A stretch of DNA of 64,000 nt from Trichinella spiralis (Eukaryota), in the NCBI RefSeq assembly GCF_000181795.1, contig NW_003526945.1, positions 3,892,108 to 3,956,107 of the forward strand, read 5' to 3'. The notes beneath the pieces were generated by a model. That model searched no databases, was not told the DNA's origin, and saw only the letters and a program-made list of their open reading frames with translations. Each line of letters opens with the position of its first letter. The first letter of the stretch is position 1. Shown here piece by piece: positions 13,494 to 26,500 of this stretch. The position numbers and the translations under genes were made by a program.

Positions 13494-16400
13494 TCAGAGT
13501 TGAATGGGCGAGTTTTCGACTTTCTGCAGTACATATTGTGTGAAACGTTTCAAAAATTTCGGATATTCACGCTTATATACAGCTCGAAGCACAGAGGATG
13601 GTGCCCATCCACGTGGATTGACTGAAAAAAACAAACAAACAAACAAAACAGAATGTCGTGAAGTCGTCAAAGATTGTCATTATGTGCAAATGTGGTGTGG
13701 TGCTCACCTTGAGCTACGTAAGTGATTTTACAGCTAACGTCGTCGCGAGTCAACTTGTTCCTGTCGACAGAAGCATTTTCTACGATAGTTTGACAAACCA
13801 TTGCAATGGTCAAACCGACACGGACTGTTCTCGAGTTGGGCTATAAAAAATAATTAATAATGCTTGGATATGGTTTTCGGAGCAGATGAGGAGGAAAAGT
13901 TGGAAAATTTTGTCAAATGAGCAAAAGCAAATCACCGGAGCAGCGGCATGCTGAGTGTCGTGATTGCATACGACAATCATATCAAGAGCGTTGGAATCGG
14001 TCGGCTTGGGTACGCGACGTATGTGTGACCAGAACAACGATTCACGCTGCGCAGCCGGCCAAACGCGTTTGTGAATTTGCTGCAAGATCATCGTGTCTTC
14101 GGACATCCGTTCGATCACTTTCAACTCTTCCAACGTTGCTTTAGGGGAAAACAATTATACATGTAAATTTCACGAGATTCCAAATCAACTCACTATCCCA
14201 ATCCATTTTGTAATCAGGTTCGTAAAAATAATGAAGATATTCCAAAGCCGACACACCCTGACGAAAAAAGAAGTTATGTGTAAATTGAACAATGAAAAAA
14301 CAAATATATATATATCTAATAGTGACATTTGTTGTTTTAAAAATTACTTTAACGTGATGCACTGCTTTCAGGGGATCGCAAACAAGACCACCAATTTCCA
14401 CCTCACGACGGTACATTTTCATTTCACCATCTTCGGAAAATAATTGCCATTCACCATCCGACACACCCTGTTGGGCATATTTCACTTGTTCCATTGTCGT
14501 CTGTTCAATCTGTGAGAAATTATATTAATTAATGATAATTACTAACTAAATAAATATGAAGCGTTTCAAGTGTTCACCTCATTGAACAAAGAATGATCAG
14601 TTGACAGGAGAATTTTGTCGAATGGTTGCAATTTTCCAGGACCGACGTTACGAGCCAGCAGCCTTTCAACACGTCGATCTTCCAAATCTTGCTTTTCCAA
14701 AGCGGCATCAAGAGCATCATGCCATTCGTCTTCTTTCAATGCACTGTGTGGACCTTCCTGACAATACACAGCAAACAGTAAAATGCACGTTGTTGTGTTG
14801 TGTATACAGTGTTGGAAAATTTTCATTATTAACCACCGACCCACAAAAGAAAAGTTATAGGACAATTTATAATGACGTAACTTGATGTAATTTACAAAAG
14901 CACTGTTAACACAGCTAGCGAGTGAGTGCACTGTTTGACGTGAAGCTAGTGAAGTGCACCTTTATTTAATAGAATAATGTATGACGTCATGTGGAAAAAT
15001 TGAAACAGATCACATTACTTAGTGTCGTGAAGAAAGTTCAACTTTGCCAAGTGGTAAGTAAGCAAAAGCCTAATTTACCTCATAATCAGGACCACCGAAA
15101 GCTAGAGACGATCGATCGACGTGCAACTTTTGCAATTCCAATGCTAATTGTCGACAATTGTCGTCGGCCCTTTTCCTCCTGTCCGTTTCCTGTAGAAAAT
15201 GGATGTAGATTTTTTTTCTTTCATTCGAAAAATTTTCAACCGAACTACCAACCTGTTCCAAGCGTCTTTTCCAAGCATCTTCACTCTGCTGCACCAAATC
15301 GGTGCAGTGTTGGAGCAGTGGTAAAATGCCAGCAGTTGTCGCTTTGAAAGTCAACGCCTCGCTGCGGAAATCGGCCGCTCGTTTGGCGTTTGGAATTGTC
15401 GGCTCTTCACGATGGTGTACCGTCGTCCCATTGGCGTGGGCGTTCAACATTCCGGCCGTTCCTGGTAGGATATATGCAAATTTTTTGTTTTTATTTGTTT
15501 GTTAAACTCTGAAAGGTGAATTCAATTTTACCCATCGTTATTAGGTGTGGTGACGGGTGCACCATGGTATGATCGGCGTCGATATCGTCGAAATCTTCAC
15601 CAGGTTCACGTGGGGCTGAAAGAGGTTATTTATAGAGAGAAAAGAAAAAGCCACCAAATAATCTAGCACCGTCGCTCACCTCGTGGAATATTCCACGTGG
15701 AAGTGGTCTCTTCGGCGCAGGAGTCGAAATAGCTTTGCAAAGTGTCAATTTGACGCAGAACAATTTCTCGGTAAGTTTCGAGCTCGGATATTTTCTCATT
15801 CAAACCTTGACACACCTACAGACAAACAAACGGACAACAATTTGCCAAACACTTTTCGTCCAATTTTTCCAACCAACCTTGAACGATGAACTGCTAGCGA
15901 GACTTTTGTTCGACGTCAACGAAACTAGCGAACCGTGGCGGCACAAATCCCCTTGACTACCGTAGCCTGAATCAGCCTATAACAACAACAACAGCAGGCC
16001 TAAGTAAGTTAAATGGGATTTAATTTTGAAACATAAAAAAGATCAAATTCATTCAAATTTTGTACAAATCAACGTTGCGAACAACAGTATTGAAAATCAA
16101 TTGTACATACAAAATGGTTGAATTAAGATACCTTTATCTGTTCTGGTCGATTTCTCTTCAATTTTAACGTTGAAAAAAATTTCATTTTAGCCAAAAATAA
16201 AAAAAACAAAACCAAAAAACGACAGTAACAAAAAAAACTGAACAGCAACAAGGCAAAGAGAAAAGAGCAGGCAGAAGAAGACGAAGAAGAGAATGTCAAT
16301 GCAGCAAGCAAATTGACTAACTATATGATGCAACAAATACTGAGCAAGCAAGAACGACGACGACGACGACGACGATGATGTATGTTATGTTAAGTCAACT

Positions 16401-19400
16401 TGGCTGCGTGGAATTTAAAATCTCGTCCGCCCATTCGAGTTTGTCGTCATCCGTCTGTGAGTCATCATTGTCAATGACGACAGCATTTGTTCTGCATAGC
16501 TGAGAGAGGGGGAAAACGAAAGAAACCCTCTCTCTTTCGGACTAGGCAGCAAAAGCACGTCGTATGTTGGAAAATCAACAAGCTCGCGTCGCTCGAGCTT
16601 CAACAACTTCACCTCTGGCCGTTGTATTTATTATTCGTTCAGTTTTGAATTCGGCAAAATTCAAACAAACAAACAAACATGCACAAATGAACAGAGACAC
16701 AACACCACCATCCCCGGTAACAAAAGTCTCGTGAAGTGAAAGAAGCGACGAAGAAGAGGAACTTTCTCTTACTTACCCTGTAAGCTTCGATCGCGTCCAA
16801 CCACCTCTGCCGGTCTTGCAGTCGATCGGCACGCAAATACCAAACGCAGTCGTTGACTGAAATGTCCACTCGGCAGTCGTCGTAGTCGTGCATCTGTGAA
16901 TTGTCGATATCATGGATATTATAATTTCAACGTCAGCCTGAAGATGAAATTGTTCTGTCTTTTTACCTGAATGATCGCCTTGCTGACGGTGATTGCACCC
17001 CGGCAGCCGAATTCGATTTCCTGTTCCGACTTGTAATAAGCCAACGTGCCGGCTTGCAGGACAAAATAACGCGGCTGCCACCCGTGGATGTAGTTGGTCC
17101 ATTTGTTCAGTACGCCGGTCAAAATTGGACAAGCGGATTCTAAAGAAGAGAGAGAGAGGGAGAGTGCAAAAGTGATACGGTGCATGAGCAAACAGTATGT
17201 TGAACGACAGGTATACACACATACATATACACGTGATCGATCAACAAACAAACAAACAAACAAATCATGACTCAAAAACAAAAGAAGAACGAACATCTGC
17301 CTTCATGATGCGTCATTTGTTCTTTTCATTGGAACATGCGTGTGTGTGTGTGTAAGGGGGGGGGGAACAAATTCTTGAAATTTCAGAAACTACTACTGCT
17401 ACTGGTGTTGTTGTTGTTTTTGTAAACGGAGAATATTTGCCCAAATGATATCAGATATCGCATCAAAAAATTCAAATCGACAACCAACAACAGCACACGC
17501 ACAATTGTTTGTTTGTTGAAGGGAAAAAAGAGAGAATTAAAATCAGCAACTTTGAGAACGTTTGAAATGTTGCAGATGGAATTATTTTTACGTTTCCTTT
17601 TTATTGTTATAATGAATGGATGGATAATTAATGAGAATTTTCATTTCAGACAATTATTTATTTCAACGTTGACAACAATGGAAAAGTCGCACAATTGTGT
17701 TTCCCAGAATAGAAAGGAATGTTGAAGAAAATGGAAGAATTGATGCAAGCAGCAAAATTGAATTGGATTCAGTTGGATTTTTTCGCCAAGGAGATCAATT
17801 TGAGCGGCACAAGCGCCTGGCATTGAAAATTTTGTCAAATTCTTCATATTTTCCCGAACAACCAACCAAGCAGCAGGAAGCTAACGAACAACTAACTATG
17901 CGTAAGTAAAAATTCCCCTCGGGGAGAGCAACGCGTGGAAAACTAAATCATCACCAACCACTAAACGCTGCCTGCCATCGCCATCCAACGCATGCATATT
18001 TTATTTCTATATTTGATTAAGCCGGTTAGAGCAAACATACACACGGAGAGAGTGAGAGAGATGCCCAACTTCTAGAGGTGTGAACACTACTGTTGAAGGA
18101 AGATCAATTGGAGCGCAGTATGCCGATGGGTGGGTGGGTGGGTGGTGATTTAGAATTTGGGAATTTTATTTTATTCACGACAGACGTGATTCAGAAATTG
18201 ATATCTATTGTTATTATTTACCACCATTGACGGTGAAACAAACATTCTAGCAACGCTAACTGAGCGTGATTCATTTTTCCAAACAAAGTAATAATGCACA
18301 TGCACACACACGCGCGCGCGCAACAGAGTGCTGCTAGTAGTCGTACAAGCTTAATTATCACAGGAGAGAATTGATTTTATGCTTCTCGTTCGCTCTTTCT
18401 CTCTCCCTGCTTCCGTCTCTGTCGTCATCTCATTGAAACAAACATTCGAAACTCTCGTCAATGAATCGTCATCGATGAATGATTCATGTCACAACGAATC
18501 AGTTATTTAAATTTTACTATAGAGAATGATATAGGGCATATTTGGAATATTTCCGTTTTTCATACGCTCCCTTCCCCCCTCCCCCCCACTTATGGGAAAT
18601 CATTGCTTCACAAAATCGACAATAATTGCATGGCTAATGACCTCGGCTCGATTAGTATTATTACAGTTCAGTTCTCGCACTCGACCTCAGTAGTAGTAGT
18701 AGTAGTAGTACTAGTAAAGCATAGAAAAAGGTCACTGGTACAAGTGGAACTTTTCCCTCTGCGCATTTGCGGAGCAGAGTGAAAGTTGTTTAAAAGGAAA
18801 AGAATGTAAAATTCAGTTTACCATCGTCGGATAGTGATCAGCAACAACGAACGAATTGAACAAGTAACAAAAAACTACTGACGTGCCCATGCAGCAGGCA
18901 TGTGTTGGAAAGCTTCAATCAGCGTGGTGAATATTTTTTCCACAAACACCTTCATTCACTACTACTACTACTACTACTGCTAGTTGATTTTGTCATTCAG
19001 TTTTACGTTGTAAACAATGTTTGATATGTAAAATTGTTGTTGTTGTTGTCGTCAACACAAACTGCTGCCGTCTCTAACTTTTTTCCTATCCGGCAACAGT
19101 GCTGGTATTTGGGTTGGTTGGTTTTGTTGGTGTACAAGAATGCCGACCGGTCGTTCGGTCTGTTTAGTTCTGTTCAAAGCAAATAAATAAACAACACAAT
19201 GAAACAAGTTTTCGATTTGGGGAAAAATTCCACTCGTTCAATAAATCACGAGTATAGATAAGATTGAATCTCAATTGAAAAGAATAATAATAATAATAAC
19301 AGCGAACAAATGAATGAAAATATTGCAAACTGAGGCAAACGAGCTGCAGCAATTTAAATAATTAATTAATTAAAAAAATGAAACATACCGACTGGTTCTC

Positions 19401-19749
19401 CTTCGGATGACCAACTGACAGTTTCGGCACAGTTCGAATTATCATCATTTCTACTAGCAGAAGATGTTGTTTGGAAAAACCCGTCTGCACAAAGTTTGTG
19501 CTGAGTGGGCGATGAAGCGCAATTTCCGCATATCCAATTCTCCTGTTGCTGAGGTTGTGCTCTTCTTGCCGGAGGATGTTGGTGTTCGACCAACGGTTCA
19601 GCAGTACCAGTCGACTGTTGCTGGTGTTGTTGTTGCTGGCTTGTCGTCACCACCACATTGTCCGACTGTTGATGTGACGACAATGCCCGCTTTATGGTTC
19701 TCTTGGCCAAGTTCAACGACTGGGTGCCCAGCGACGTTATGTGATACAT
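13494..19749 (-). CDS. CERT1: Ceramide transfer protein (PH, serine-repeat, coiled coil, FFAT-position motif, START), multi-exon
   Basis: PH domain [42 protein letters not shown] (exon from 17139). Serine-repeat motif [21 protein letters not shown] (~15880-15977), then [17 protein letters not shown] and GPDYE|EGPHS. START domain [16 protein letters not shown]...[51 protein letters not shown]. Stop at 13496-13494. The first exon 19749-19389 is inferred from phase-compatible splice sites. Confidence 0.92.
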
Positions 19750-20795
19750 CCCTGTTGGTCGCACTGACGATATATGATTGTAATGGATTTGCAAATTGAA
19801 AAAATTAAAACAAAAAAATGCCTCACGTTTCAAATTAAACCAACCGAACGATTCGACAACGCCACAAACGTCCAAATAGCTGGCAAACACGAACGCGCAC
19901 CGTTCTGCTCAAAACGAGAGCAGGAAAAACATACTCCGTCAACAATGAATGACATGACGCGCACGCTGACATTCCCCGCACGTCGGCTCTCTGCTACAGT
20001 AAGACACACCACTGTCAAGCGGCAATTATCGAACTGCTCTCGCTGCAGCACCACTGCTGCTCCACTACTTTCTCCGTGCGTGCGTCTATCTATCTATTAT
20101 CGGTGGATTATTGTTATTTTTGGACAATATTTCACCGTGCAATTCAACAGTAAAACGACACTTTTGGATTTTGAAATTTTCACATTCATCTCTTTTTCAC
20201 GCTCATTATCGAATTTTGCTCAATTGATTTGGAAGTTTTTTTCTGTCATAAACTCATGAACTTGCACATCATTTATTGACTATCAATTTATTGACTAGTT
20301 AAATTTAGATTTGAACGAAAAAAAATATATATATACATATAAATGAAACAAATAGAATAATATTTATTGAGTGTAATGAATTTTTATTTTGCACGATACA
20401 TGTAAGTTGAAAATAATTTCCCAGTTGCATTTCAAGACGTTCGGTTGGAACGAAAATTTTATACTTGTACGCAATTGTGCTCGTTGTTTTCACTTTCAAT
20501 TGTTCCAAATTTACTGACCAAAAGTTACTTTCAGTTGAAAATATTAACAAATGACAATTTCAAAAAGCGAAGCAAATCTCAAGTACACGTTTTCACTTTT
20601 TATTACAGTATGCAGTTTGAGAAGTTGTCCTATTTGTTAACTATTGTATTGAAAGTATTTGTAGTATTGAGAAAGATTGAAATTTTCCTCTGTTTATTCA
20701 ACTCTCGCGGCAAGTTTGATTAACATAACTCCGGCGGCATTTTACGTTTTATTCGATAAACAAAAGATATATATAATTTTCAATGCAATGTGAGA

Positions 20796-21536
20796 TCAGA
20801 GTGGAGTTTCGTTGGCCGTGGCGTCGTTGCGCTTTGAACTGCGTACGAACAAACGACTGTACAGTTTGTTGTTTCTGACGGAATAGCGTACTTCGTGCGC
20901 TGTCAACTCACTGACATCCTCCTCCAGCGGCTGCTTTTCGTGCCAGCTTTCAACGCCGGCAAACATCTTCTCGTAAAGCAGCACGAAACGATCCAACTCC
21001 TGCTCGCCGAACGGTCTCGACGTGTACCTGGCCGTGTCGTACAACGAAGCGAACTGTTCGCAGTCGTCGTCGGTCACCTGCTGCTGCCTGCCAATGTAGC
21101 CCTCGTCGACCAGCCGTCTCAACAGCGCCACGGTCGGCAGGCTGTGCCGAGACCAACGGAACCGTGCCCAAGAGCCGAGCTTGGTGAGAACGGTCGCGAA
21201 TGAGTCGACCGCCTGGCGCCGGAACCGTTCCGCGCGTTCTTGTTCACTGCCGCCGACCAACAGCGGGTGGAAATGCTTGTAAGAGCTGGTGAGCAGAATG
21301 CCGCGCTGGATTTTGGCCCTGAACCGCGCCGAAGCGCCGGTTCCCGCGGCCGAGTAGGGATTCTTCGGCAGCAGCAAGTTGTTGCGCACCACACGGCGTT
21401 TGGCCATGATGAACACCACGGCCAGAATTTGGCCGGCCAACGCGATCAAGTAGGTCAGGGTGATGCCGGATATTTGGCCCAGGCGATATCCGGACGTGGA
21501 ATTGTTGCCAGCATTGCTGATGTTGGCGTATTCCAT
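20796..21536 (-). CDS. C1orf43: NICE-3 / C1orf43-family single-pass membrane protein (246 aa, no coding intron)
   Basis: Long GC-rich ORF. An N-terminal TM helix (ISGITLTYLIALAGQILAVVFIMA) is followed by KRRVVR, then FRRQAVD and LYDTARYTSRPFGEQELDRF. These resemble the C1orf43 pattern as I recall it (LSGVNVVL..FIFVKRQIMR; YRMKALD; YETARYGTGVFGQNEYLRY). Confidence 0.8.
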   Translation of the reverse strand: MEYANISNAGNNSTSGYRLGQISGITLTYLIALAGQILAVVFIMAKRRVVRNNLLLPKNPYSAAGTGASARFRAKIQRGILLTSSYKHFHPLLVGGSEQERAERFRRQAVDSFATVLTKLGSWARFRWSRHSLPTVALLRRLVDEGYIGRQQQVTDDDCEQFASLYDTARYTSRPFGEQELDRFVLLYEKMFAGVESWHEKQPLEEDVSELTAHEVRYSVRNNKLYSRLFVRSSKRNDATANETPL

Positions 21537-23508
21537 GCTCGGAGATGCACCGACGAAATGCTAACAACAAAAAACAACAACCATAAAAGCAAACTGTAAG
21601 TATATATAAATGATTTTCATGTTTGTTGAAAAATTTGTTTTCTTTCTTTTCTTTGCTCAAATTTATTCAATCTGCCATCCATGTTCTGTACAGTTTGATT
21701 TCAATTCATTCTGTATGATATTTGAAATGTGCACAATTTTAATTTTCATTAAATCCATTATAATTGTTCTCTTTTATTTTATTGAATTCTATTCATTTCA
21801 ATGGAAAAATTGAAAATGTCAATGCACTTTCTAAATTTGTAATTATACTGTTGTATAATTTTCTTTTTTCCCATTTACACTTACTTATAGTTTAGAAGAT
21901 ACTGTAAAACCGCTCAATATTGATTTTCAAAAAAAGTGCGTGCTTGTTTGTTTGTTTTTCTTTTGGTTTTCTGTTGACGATTGTATATGACTAATTTTCG
22001 TGCCTTTCGTCAGCTTTGTCTATCCATGATTAGTGATCATTTTACTCTGTTGTCGAGAAAAATAAAATTGATTTTCGAAAATGCACAACAATACACGTAC
22101 AGTCCACTGAACATAAGTGCCATTAGTGGAACGTGTGTATAATTTTCCGCCAAAATATACTTTTACGAACAAATTTTTCGAATTTTAAATCTTTTTTATT
22201 TTATCAATTCTAAAAAAATCAATTTTCCAATTTATTCACAGCATGATTCTGTTTCAATGTTTTTTCATTCTGATGATTCATGCATTGTTTTGAAAAAAAT
22301 CCGTTTTTTTAATGAATCACAGTCTGTGACTGATCTGTCTTGTATTTAATTTTAGACGATTACTACATTCAGAGCGTTTTTTTTGGCCATTCGTGCTGCC
22401 GCTGTTTTGTTGTTCTGCTCATCAGTTGTTCATTAAAATACAATGGTGATTCTTTTTTGTTCACTACTTTTATGTACTTGACTTTTTTTCAGTCGTCGGC
22501 CATTTGCCACTTTTTAATAATCAGTCACCTTGATTTAGTTGAAACGAGCCATCTGTGTCGTTCTTTTTTCTCTTTTTTCCCCTTGTCTTTCAATTTCCTG
22601 TTCATTAGTTAGTCATTTCCGTTTGGTCGAATTCCATTCGGATATCTTGTTGCTTGTATTTATTTATACCTTGTTCACATAGATGAACCAGGTACATATT
22701 CTTACAAGCAGGTACGATTTGGAATTGGTTGAATAAATTTCTTCTGAAATTGTTCAAGCATTTCAAATCAAAGCATCAAATGGTTGTTGTTGTTGTTGTT
22801 GTTGATTTTGTCAACAGCTACTTGATTCAATTCAAATAGAAATCAGTTTTTCTATATGGAAGTTGGATTCGTTGCCGGAAGCTTGCCTGCCTGCATGCCT
22901 GCTTATTTGCTTGGTGAAGATGAATCATAGATTGATTGAGTTTGAAAAAATTTGATCAGAAAATGATACTGTTGCCGTTTTTCTATGCAATGACGAATTG
23001 AGAATAATTTTCGCGGCCTCGATTGGCCCCGACAAGTCCATTTCCCTGTTTGTATTAGCTTTGCCGTCCAATTGGCAGTCGACCGGCTATTCATTGCACA
23101 CAGTGAAAAACCGGTATGTTGAAGACGGACAGCTTCATTTCTGCTCGTTTCTAGCTTTCTGCGTTGCAGCAACGATTGCTGCTGCTGTTCAATGGTGGTG
23201 GTGGAGTGGTTTCGGCTTCTTCAATTTCTTCTCAACTAGCATACAGCATATATATTGGGCAGTTCGCGGCTCAATCGACGTTGGCTTTCGCTCTGCCGTT
23301 TACCTTCGGGCTAGCCAACTTCGACCCCGATTTGTTCACATTTGTCCTGTTCAATTTTGTTCTTATGTAAAATTTTTCTTCAACGCTAATACTTTTTCGT
23401 GTAGAAATTCCTTCTTCTTCTTCTTCTTCTTTGAACAGTACAAAAGTGAAACCAGAACTGTTGACGGTGACGATGCTCTCTTCGATTCAACGAACCAGAC
23501 AATCCGCC

Positions 23509-26500
23509 ATGGATGTATGCGTATTGATTTGCATATAATTTTTGGCGTACTAATTTTCGTAATTTTCCATTTGCAGAAACATCTTCACTGGCAATGGCAT
23601 GGCATTGATCAAGTTGGTGTGCACGACATGGTTCTATTGGCAACGGTCGATGAAGATGCGATTGTGCAAAATCTCCGAAAACGCTACATGAATAGCATCA
23701 TGTTTGTAAGTGCAACAAATGTTTGTAGATTCGTTATTATTATTATTATTATTATTTGTTGTCTTTTATGAGTCGGTTTGAATTTTGTTTTTGTAATTTT
23801 TCCAATTTATACATCTCATCACATTCGTCCATTTGAATTTTTATTATTTTTTTCCCAATCGAGAAAATTTCAATTGTTGTTTCATCATTTTGGAACTTTT
23901 GAATTGAATTTTCAATTTTTCATCGTTAAACATTGAAAAAGACAACTTTACAATCGGTAGCCTAAATAGTATTGAATAATGTGCATGTTGTATGAATGGA
24001 AAATTTCCATTCGCCCATTATTTATCATTTGGCAAGTGAATTTTTCAACAATCTACTTTTCCATGTGTCAAGTCAAAGTTTTTGTTCTTGTTGCTGTTGA
24101 AAGTTGCGTGAAACAAACATTTTTTGTCCTATTCGACCACAGCAACCGTATGAGTCATTTCGGTGGTCGAAAATGGCCCATGACGCACAGCATTTTGCTC
24201 ATGGTGAATCATCGTCATACGAATGAATGATAATGGGAAAAATAAATTGCGGATAATTTTATTCGGCTAACTTTGACGGTGACATCTGTTTGACATTGGG
24301 AAGTGGAATTTTGTTGTTTGTCCACTTGCAAATTTATCATTGGTGGTAATGCGAAATTTTCTACTGGAGAAAAAAAATTAATTTCCTACGGTAGTCGGTA
24401 AATGTGGTTTGGAAAACTGTCGAGAAAAAAGCAACATTGCATAAAAGATGATGATACATTCTCAGATGACCTTTTCGAAAAGCTTTCTCCGTCCAAATGT
24501 TCTACTTGAATATCACAAAAGCGGACATCCCTTGTTCTGCACTGTGTCCGTCTGTCTGAACGGCCTTCAAGCTTGCAAACGACCTTTAAAATCTGACAAG
24601 CGTAGTAGATGGTGCTTTTCAATTTTCAATGGAATAAATATTTTATTAAATTCCACCTCCCCCTTGGTAATCTTGAATGAAAACTGCCTGAACGGATTGT
24701 TGTCGTTATTCAGATATTTTTTTTCTGAATTCTTGAAAAAAAAGATTCTTTTGTTGTAATTTTCAAATGAAATCAAATCAAAAGTTCAAATGACAAAAGA
24801 TGCTTTTCAAATTGCTCTTATACATTTCAGCATTGTTGTCGGCAAACAACGGAAATGCACAAGTTGTTTTCACTACATACATATATATATATATATATAT
24901 TCAGTCGAACTGGAATTTATCATTTCCTTTGTGATTTGCTGAAATTAATTTTCTTTTACTGTTTCTTCTCATTTTCAAAGTCATGAAAAATAAGTTTCAC
25001 TTTCAGAACAACAATACCCTCCTTTTTCGGCAAGACACATTCACCTCACCTGTTGGTATATTTGTAGGGATGAACAATTTTCCGAAGGGCCTCTTGGTTG
25101 GGGATTTTAGAACTTTTCAATGAAATTTACAAAAAACAAAAACTCATGATCTCTATTTGAAAGATTTTTTTTCGATTTAATTGGGTATCACTAGTTGCAG
25201 TACAAATAAACACCCCATTTATGCATTGCTTTAGACTTACATTGGTCCGGTGCTTTTGTCCGTGAACCCTTTCACCCAGATGCCTTATTTTTCTGAAAAG
25301 CAAATGGATCAGTACCAAGGGGCGGTAAACAGTTTTTGTTTAATTTCATTTTTTTTTATTTTTTTGATTTAAATTGATATTTTTTCTTTTCTAGAATCAG
25401 TATGAAAATCCACCTCACATTTACGCACTGACTGACGATATGTATCGTAACATGTTAATTGACAGTGAAAATCACTGCGTTATAATAAGGTAAACTTATG
25501 CGGAAGATCGACTATAAAATAATTTAATTGTATTTTTTTTGTTTTCCTAAAACTAATATACTGTAAAAATTTTCAGTGGTGAAAGTGGATCCGGGAAAAC
25601 GGTATCAGCCAAGTATATAATGAATTACGTGGCACATATTTCCGGTGGCGGACCTGAAGTCGAAGTATTTTTGTTCATTTTTTCTATTTACGAACGTTTT
25701 TGTAATTTTACCAATGATGTGAATTTATTTTCAGCTCAATTTGCAAAACTTTGAATGATTTATTTTTTGTATTTTTTTGCATTTTAGCGAATCAAACAAA
25801 TTATTCTGGAAACCAACGCAGTGCTCGAAGCTTTTGGAAACGCCAAAACTATTCGCAACGACAATTCCAGTCGTTTTGTAAAAATTTAAATTTCACATTT
25901 TTTTCGCTTTTTCCCTTTTCATGCCTCCCTCAACTTCAGGGCAAATACGTCGAAATTGCTTTCACAACTTACGGAACGCAAAAAGGCGCGCAAATTTCAA
26001 GCTTCCTTTTGGAAAAGGTCTTGCCCGCTCACTTGACTGTGTTGAACAGTTTGAATGATTTTTATTGAAATTTAGACTCGCGTGGTCCATCAAAATCTGG
26101 ATGAACGAAATTTTCACATATTTTATCAACTCTGCGCTGGATGTGATGATCAATTGAAAAGTATCCCATTTCAAAATTCTCATCAAAGGCTACAAGCAAA
26201 ACGAACGCAATTTGTTGCACAATTTCAGGAAATCTCGGCATAACCGAACCCAGTTATTTCAATTATCTCAATCAAAGCGGCACTTGTGAAATTGCCGATG
26301 TCAATGATGGGCAGTTGTACAAAGTTACTATGGTGAGTGAGTGGGTTCTTTTTGGTTTTTTGTTTGCTTTGCTTTTTATCAGAAAATTATTTCAGAAAGC
26401 TATGGAAATTGTTGGAATTGACAATTCAACCAAAATTGAAATATTGAAAATTGTTTCAGCCATTCTCCATATTGGAAATATTAAATTCAAAGAAGTGAAC

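Noticed and set aside
20895..21660. Overlapping ORFs in other frames and strands over the NICE-3 gene
   Set aside because: These are expected by-products of high GC content with few stop codons, and carry no recognisable motifs.
22998..23508. 5' part of the 257-aa ORF 22998-23771 as an N-terminal extension of myosin I
   Set aside because: It starts at TTG, is low-complexity and reads through an intron and a (TTC)n repeat. A better model is ATG-GAT at 23509 spliced to 23577.
26161..26228. Myosin intron starting gtatccca as a possible U12-type (minor) intron
   Set aside because: It departs from the RTATCCTT consensus and no CCTTAAC-like branch point precedes the acceptor.
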